From IMG/VR virus record IMGVR_UViG_3300006749_000011, positions 1 to 64,000 of that record: a DNA stretch of 64,000 nt. One strand, given 5' to 3'. This DNA comes from a virus. The notes under the pieces are model-generated. The model had not been told where the DNA came from. It did not search any database and saw only the letters and a program-made list of their open reading frames with translations. A program made the translations under genes and the position numbers. Each line of letters starts with the position of its first letter. The stretch's first letter is position 1. Positions 60,561 to 64,000 of this stretch are shown here, in pieces.

Positions 60561-62146
60561 TGACTTTAAAACTATCAAAACAAGAAATAATAAAAGAAAT
60601 CCTTAAATGCGGCAAAGATCCTCTTTATTTTATAAATAATTATTGTAGGATCTCTCACCCTCTTAAAGGTTTAATTCCTTTTAACACTTATCCATACCAA
60701 GATGATTTGGTCAAGGACTTCAACGATTATCGCTTCACAGTTATCCTTAAAGCAAGACAGTTAGGAATCTCCACGATATCAGCTGCTTATGCTGTTTGGT
60801 TTATGTTGTTTCACAAAGAAAAGAATATCTTGGTCATGGCGACCAAGTTCGGAACAGCAGCCAACTTGGTAAAGAAAGTAAAAATGGTAATGAAAAACTT
60901 GCCAAAGTGGATGCAAGTAGCAAGTATTACAATTGACAACAGAACCTCGTTTGAACTATCAAATGGGTCATCAATCAAGGCAGTCGGAACATCAGCAGAC
61001 GCTGGTCGTTCAGAGGCGCTATCTTTATTAATTATAGATGAGGCAGCACACGTTGACGGCCTTGATGACCTATGGGCAGGTCTTTACCCTACTCTATCAA
61101 CAGGGGGTCGCTGTATTGCTTTATCAACGCCTATGGGCGTTGGAAACTGGTTTCATAGAACTTACATAGACGCAGAGAATGGAGACAATGAATTTCATCC
61201 TGTATCTTTGCCTTGGGATGTTCATCCTGAGCGTGATGAAAATTGGTTTGTTAAAGAAACCAAAAACATGTCAAGAAGACAAATAGCTCAAGAGCTTGAG
61301 TGCAACTTTAATACGTCCGGTGAAACCGTCATACATCCTGATGATATTCATTGGATTTACGAAATCCAACAAGAACCAGAGTACAAAACAGGCTGGGATA
61401 GAAATATGTGGATATGGGAAAAGTATCAAGAAGGTGTTCCTTATCTTATGGTTGCTGATGTTGCCAGAGGCGATGGAGCAGACTCTTCCGTATTTCATGT
61501 ACTAAGAACAGATACTATGGATGTAGTCGCAGAATATCAAGGTAAGCCAACTATGGATCATTTTGCAAAAATTTTATTTGATGCAGGAAAAGAATATAAC
61601 AATTGTCTTATGGTAATTGAAAACGTTGGTATAGGAATAGCAGCATGTGAAAAAGTAAGAGACCTTGGGTATCCTAATCTTTATTATTCAATTAAATCAA
61701 CTCATCAATATGTTGACTCTCTAGAAGGTGAATATAACGATAGAGCTGTTATTGGCTTTACTACTTCGATGAAAACAAGACCACTAATAGTAGCTAAGTT
61801 AGAAGAATACATAAGAAACAAATTGGTTAAACCAAAATCTTCTCGTTTGTTTCATGAGTTTAAAACATTCATATGGAACAATGGTAAGCCACAAGCTATG
61901 AGATCGTATCACGATGATTTAATTATGGCTCTTGCAATTGCTTGTTGGGTTCGAGACACAGCTCTAGAAGTTTCGGAAAAAGATAAGTTATATCAAGAAG
62001 CAATGATAAATTCTATTAAATCATCACAGACCACAATGAATACAGCTATCAAAGGAATGCGAGGCTTTGGTAGTACCAAAACACAAGAATCGTTAGAAGA
62101 CTTTCAAAAGACCTATAAAGATTTTGCATGGATTTTTAAAGGTTAG
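60560..62146 (+). CDS. terL: Terminase large subunit (T4 gp17-like)
   Basis: KARQLGIST, IIDEAA, STP.G, QE..C.F, DVARG..D, HDDL. Confidence 0.95.
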   Translation: MTLKLSKQEIIKEILKCGKDPLYFINNYCRISHPLKGLIPFNTYPYQDDLVKDFNDYRFTVILKARQLGISTISAAYAVWFMLFHKEKNILVMATKFGTAANLVKKVKMVMKNLPKWMQVASITIDNRTSFELSNGSSIKAVGTSADAGRSEALSLLIIDEAAHVDGLDDLWAGLYPTLSTGGRCIALSTPMGVGNWFHRTYIDAENGDNEFHPVSLPWDVHPERDENWFVKETKNMSRRQIAQELECNFNTSGETVIHPDDIHWIYEIQQEPEYKTGWDRNMWIWEKYQEGVPYLMVADVARGDGADSSVFHVLRTDTMDVVAEYQGKPTMDHFAKILFDAGKEYNNCLMVIENVGIGIAACEKVRDLGYPNLYYSIKSTHQYVDSLEGEYNDRAVIGFTTSMKTRPLIVAKLEEYIRNKLVKPKSSRLFHEFKTFIWNNGKPQAMRSYHDDLIMALAIACWVRDTALEVSEKDKLYQEAMINSIKSSQTTMNTAIKGMRGFGSTKTQESLEDFQKTYKDFAWIFKG

Positions 62147-62147
62147 C

Positions 62148-62187
62148 TTGACAAACAGCTAGCTTTATGCTATAATAGAACTATTTA
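62148..62187 (+). promoter_or_regulatory. Sigma70-type promoter plus ACTATTTA motif upstream of portal
   Basis: TTGACA 62148-62153, 17 bp, TG-C-TATAAT 62171-62176, ACTATTTA 62180-62187, AAGGA RBS. Confidence 0.8.
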
Positions 62188-62205
62188 CTACGAAAAGGAT
62201 GAGCT

Positions 62206-64000
62206 ATGCCAAAATATAAAAAGTCGCCTTACAATCCACAGTCGGATTTATTCAAGGCTTTAACAAAATTGTTGTCCGGCCCAATAACACAAAGAAGAAC
62301 ACAAACTGGTCGAATGCTGCGGAGAAGACAGCTAGATAACTATGCAACAAAATTTAAATCAGCATCTGGTGCACAGTTTAAAAAATGGGAATATAATCCC
62401 ATAAACAACGTTACCCTTAACATGATATCAAATAGAAACAGAGCTGAGCGTTATGTTGATTTTGATGAAATGGAATACATGCCTGAGATAGCATCATCAT
62501 TGGATATTTATGCTGATGAGATGACAACTCATACTGCGCTTCGCCCAATGCTTAATATTAAATGTGCGAATGAAGAGATTAAACACATCCTCCATAACTT
62601 ATATCATAATGTTTTGAATATTGAACACAATCTTTTTGGTTGGGCAAGAACAATGTGTAAGTACGGTGATTTCTTTCTATATCTTGATATTGATGAAGAT
62701 TTAGGAATTCGATCCGCTATTGGTTTACCGACAAGAGAGATTGAGCGTCTTGAGGGAGAGGACCAAAGTAATCCAAATTACGTTCAATACCAATGGAACA
62801 CAGCAGGACTAACTCTGGAAAATTGGCAAGTTGCTCATTTCAGAATCCTTGGTAATGACAAACACTCTCCTTATGGAACATCTGTTCTCGAAGCTTGTAG
62901 GCGTATCCACCGTCAGCTTATACTATTAGAAGATGCCATGATGGCTTATCGTATTGTTCGTGCTCCTGAGCGTCGTTTGTTTAAGATTGACGTTGGTGGT
63001 ATTCCACCGCAAGAAGTTGAACAGTACATGCAAAAAGTCATGACTCAGTTAAAACGACACTCTGTTGTTGACCCAACCACTGGTCGTGTTGATTTACGCT
63101 ACAACCCCTTGTCAATCGAAGAAGACTATTATATACCAATTCGTGGAGGCCAATCAGCTACTGACATCTCAAGTTTACCAGGTGCTTCTTACAATGGTGG
63201 TATCGATGATGTTAAATACCTTAGAGATAAGTTGTTTGCTGCTCTCAAAATACCACAGTCTTACTTGACAATGGGTGAGGGCGCATCAGAAGATAAAACT
63301 ACCCTTGCACAAAAGGACATTCGCTTTGCAAGAACAATTCAAAGACTTCAACGTGTAGCAATAGCAGAACTCGAAAAGATTGGAATTATTCACCTTTACA
63401 CGCTTGGTTATAGAAACGATGATCTATTAACTTTCAAGCTACAGCTAAACAATCCGTCCAAAATTGCTGAATTACAAGAGCTCGAGCATTGGGACAAAAA
63501 GTTTCAAGTTGCTGCGAACGCAACAGAAGGATACTTCTCAAAGCGCTGGATAGCAGAAAACATGTTTGGGCTATCTGAAGATGAATTTCTTAGAAACCAA
63601 AGAGAAATGTTTTTTGACAAGAAGTACATGGCCAAACTTGAAGCGGCTGCTGCTGGTGGAGAAGGTGGAGAAGAACCTGGAGGAGGCGGTGGGCTTGCTG
63701 GTGGGCTTGGAGATCTTGGCGGAGCAGGTGGAGACTTAGAAGGTGACCTTGGTGGTGACCTTGGCGGTGGAGACACCGGTGGAGGTGATGTCGGCGGCGA
63801 CGAAGGGGGTGACACTGATCTGCTCGCCGAACCCTCTGCAAAACGTGATGAGCCACCACCAATTAGAGGAAACTATAAACGTCACCAGTCTTCTTATGAC
63901 AAAGGCGGCATGAAAAAATCAATGCTCGGAGCAACAGGTATAGAAGCTGCTCATTCAACTGGTCGTAACATATATAAAGGATACGTTGGGAACGAATATT
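62206..64000 (+). CDS. Portal protein (T4 gp20-like), 3'-truncated; absent from the ORF track
   Basis: My translation from ATG 62206 (MPKYKKSPYNPQSDLF...) stays open to the window end and contains LEDAMMAYRIVRAPERRLFKIDVG, EEDYYIP, DDVKYLRDKLFAALKIP. Confidence 0.95.
   Translation, partial: MPKYKKSPYNPQSDLFKALTKLLSGPITQRRTQTGRMLRRRQLDNYATKFKSASGAQFKKWEYNPINNVTLNMISNRNRAERYVDFDEMEYMPEIASSLDIYADEMTTHTALRPMLNIKCANEEIKHILHNLYHNVLNIEHNLFGWARTMCKYGDFFLYLDIDEDLGIRSAIGLPTREIERLEGEDQSNPNYVQYQWNTAGLTLENWQVAHFRILGNDKHSPYGTSVLEACRRIHRQLILLEDAMMAYRIVRAPERRLFKIDVGGIPPQEVEQYMQKVMTQLKRHSVVDPTTGRVDLRYNPLSIEEDYYIPIRGGQSATDISSLPGASYNGGIDDVKYLRDKLFAALKIPQSYLTMGEGASEDKTTLAQKDIRFARTIQRLQRVAIAELEKIGIIHLYTLGYRNDDLLTFKLQLNNPSKIAELQELEHWDKKFQVAANATEGYFSKRWIAENMFGLSEDEFLRNQREMFFDKKYMAKLEAAAAGGEGGEEPGGGGGLAGGLGDLGGAGGDLEGDLGGDLGGGDTGGGDVGGDEGGDTDLLAEPSAKRDEPPPIRGNYKRHQSSYDKGGMKKSMLGATGIEAAHSTGRNIYKGYVGNEY
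63655..63815 (+). repeat. Gly/Asp low-complexity coding repeat in the portal C-terminus
   Basis: GGDLEGDLGGDLGGGDTGGGDVGGDEGG; GC-rich; generates the Pro-rich reverse-strand ORFs. Confidence 0.8.

Noticed and set aside
60560-60610. Terminase N-terminus (KLSKQEIIKE) as another copy of the leader
   Set aside because: It leads directly into the C..DP.YF helix that is a normal part of gp17-like terminases
142-63862. Short minus-strand and nested ORFs in the track
   Set aside because: They are antisense or out-of-frame shadows of long + strand genes with clear motifs; 63504-63862 merely mirror the Gly-rich portal tail
1-64000. tRNA/rRNA genes, introns, inteins, transposases
   Set aside because: Intergenic gaps are mostly under 90 bp and occupied by promoters; PhoH, primase and terminase have normal lengths; none recognised by eye (tRNAscan/Infernal not run)

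Overview
A 64-kb, AT-rich, densely coding fragment of a large myovirus-type (T4-superfamily-like, probably jumbo) phage. Every credible gene is on the + strand, in the standard code. From left to right: a truncated acidic protein, PIN-PhoH, a zincin-like protein and a Cas4/RecB-like nuclease. Next is a ~12-kb glycan-biosynthesis operon: GT4/GT2/GT-D glycosyltransferases, a CMAH-like metallo-beta-lactamase-fold protein, GNAT, a short DegT aminotransferase, a nucleotidyltransferase, a form IV RuBisCO-like protein, a GDPD-like protein and RmlB. Then come a gp55-like late sigma factor and a ~33-kb baseplate/tail module, followed by RuvC, two repeat-flanked cassette-like genes, primase and an Mre11-Rad50 fusion. 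The window ends with holin/spanin-like genes, a DEDDh exonuclease, the large terminase and a gp20-like portal that runs off the end and is missing from the ORF track. Most notable: (1) a non-carboxylating RuBisCO-like enzyme translationally coupled inside a phage glycan operon; (2) a recurring N-terminal leader resembling T4 capsid-targeting sequences, fused to unrelated cargoes including a nucleotidase and an exonuclease; (3) two tandem promoter-bounded cassettes with exact 25-bp and 32-bp repeats; (4) a [ST]-[GAS]-S tripeptide enriched in tail proteins that could be a glycosylation sequon. All family calls come from motif recognition by eye; no database search was run.
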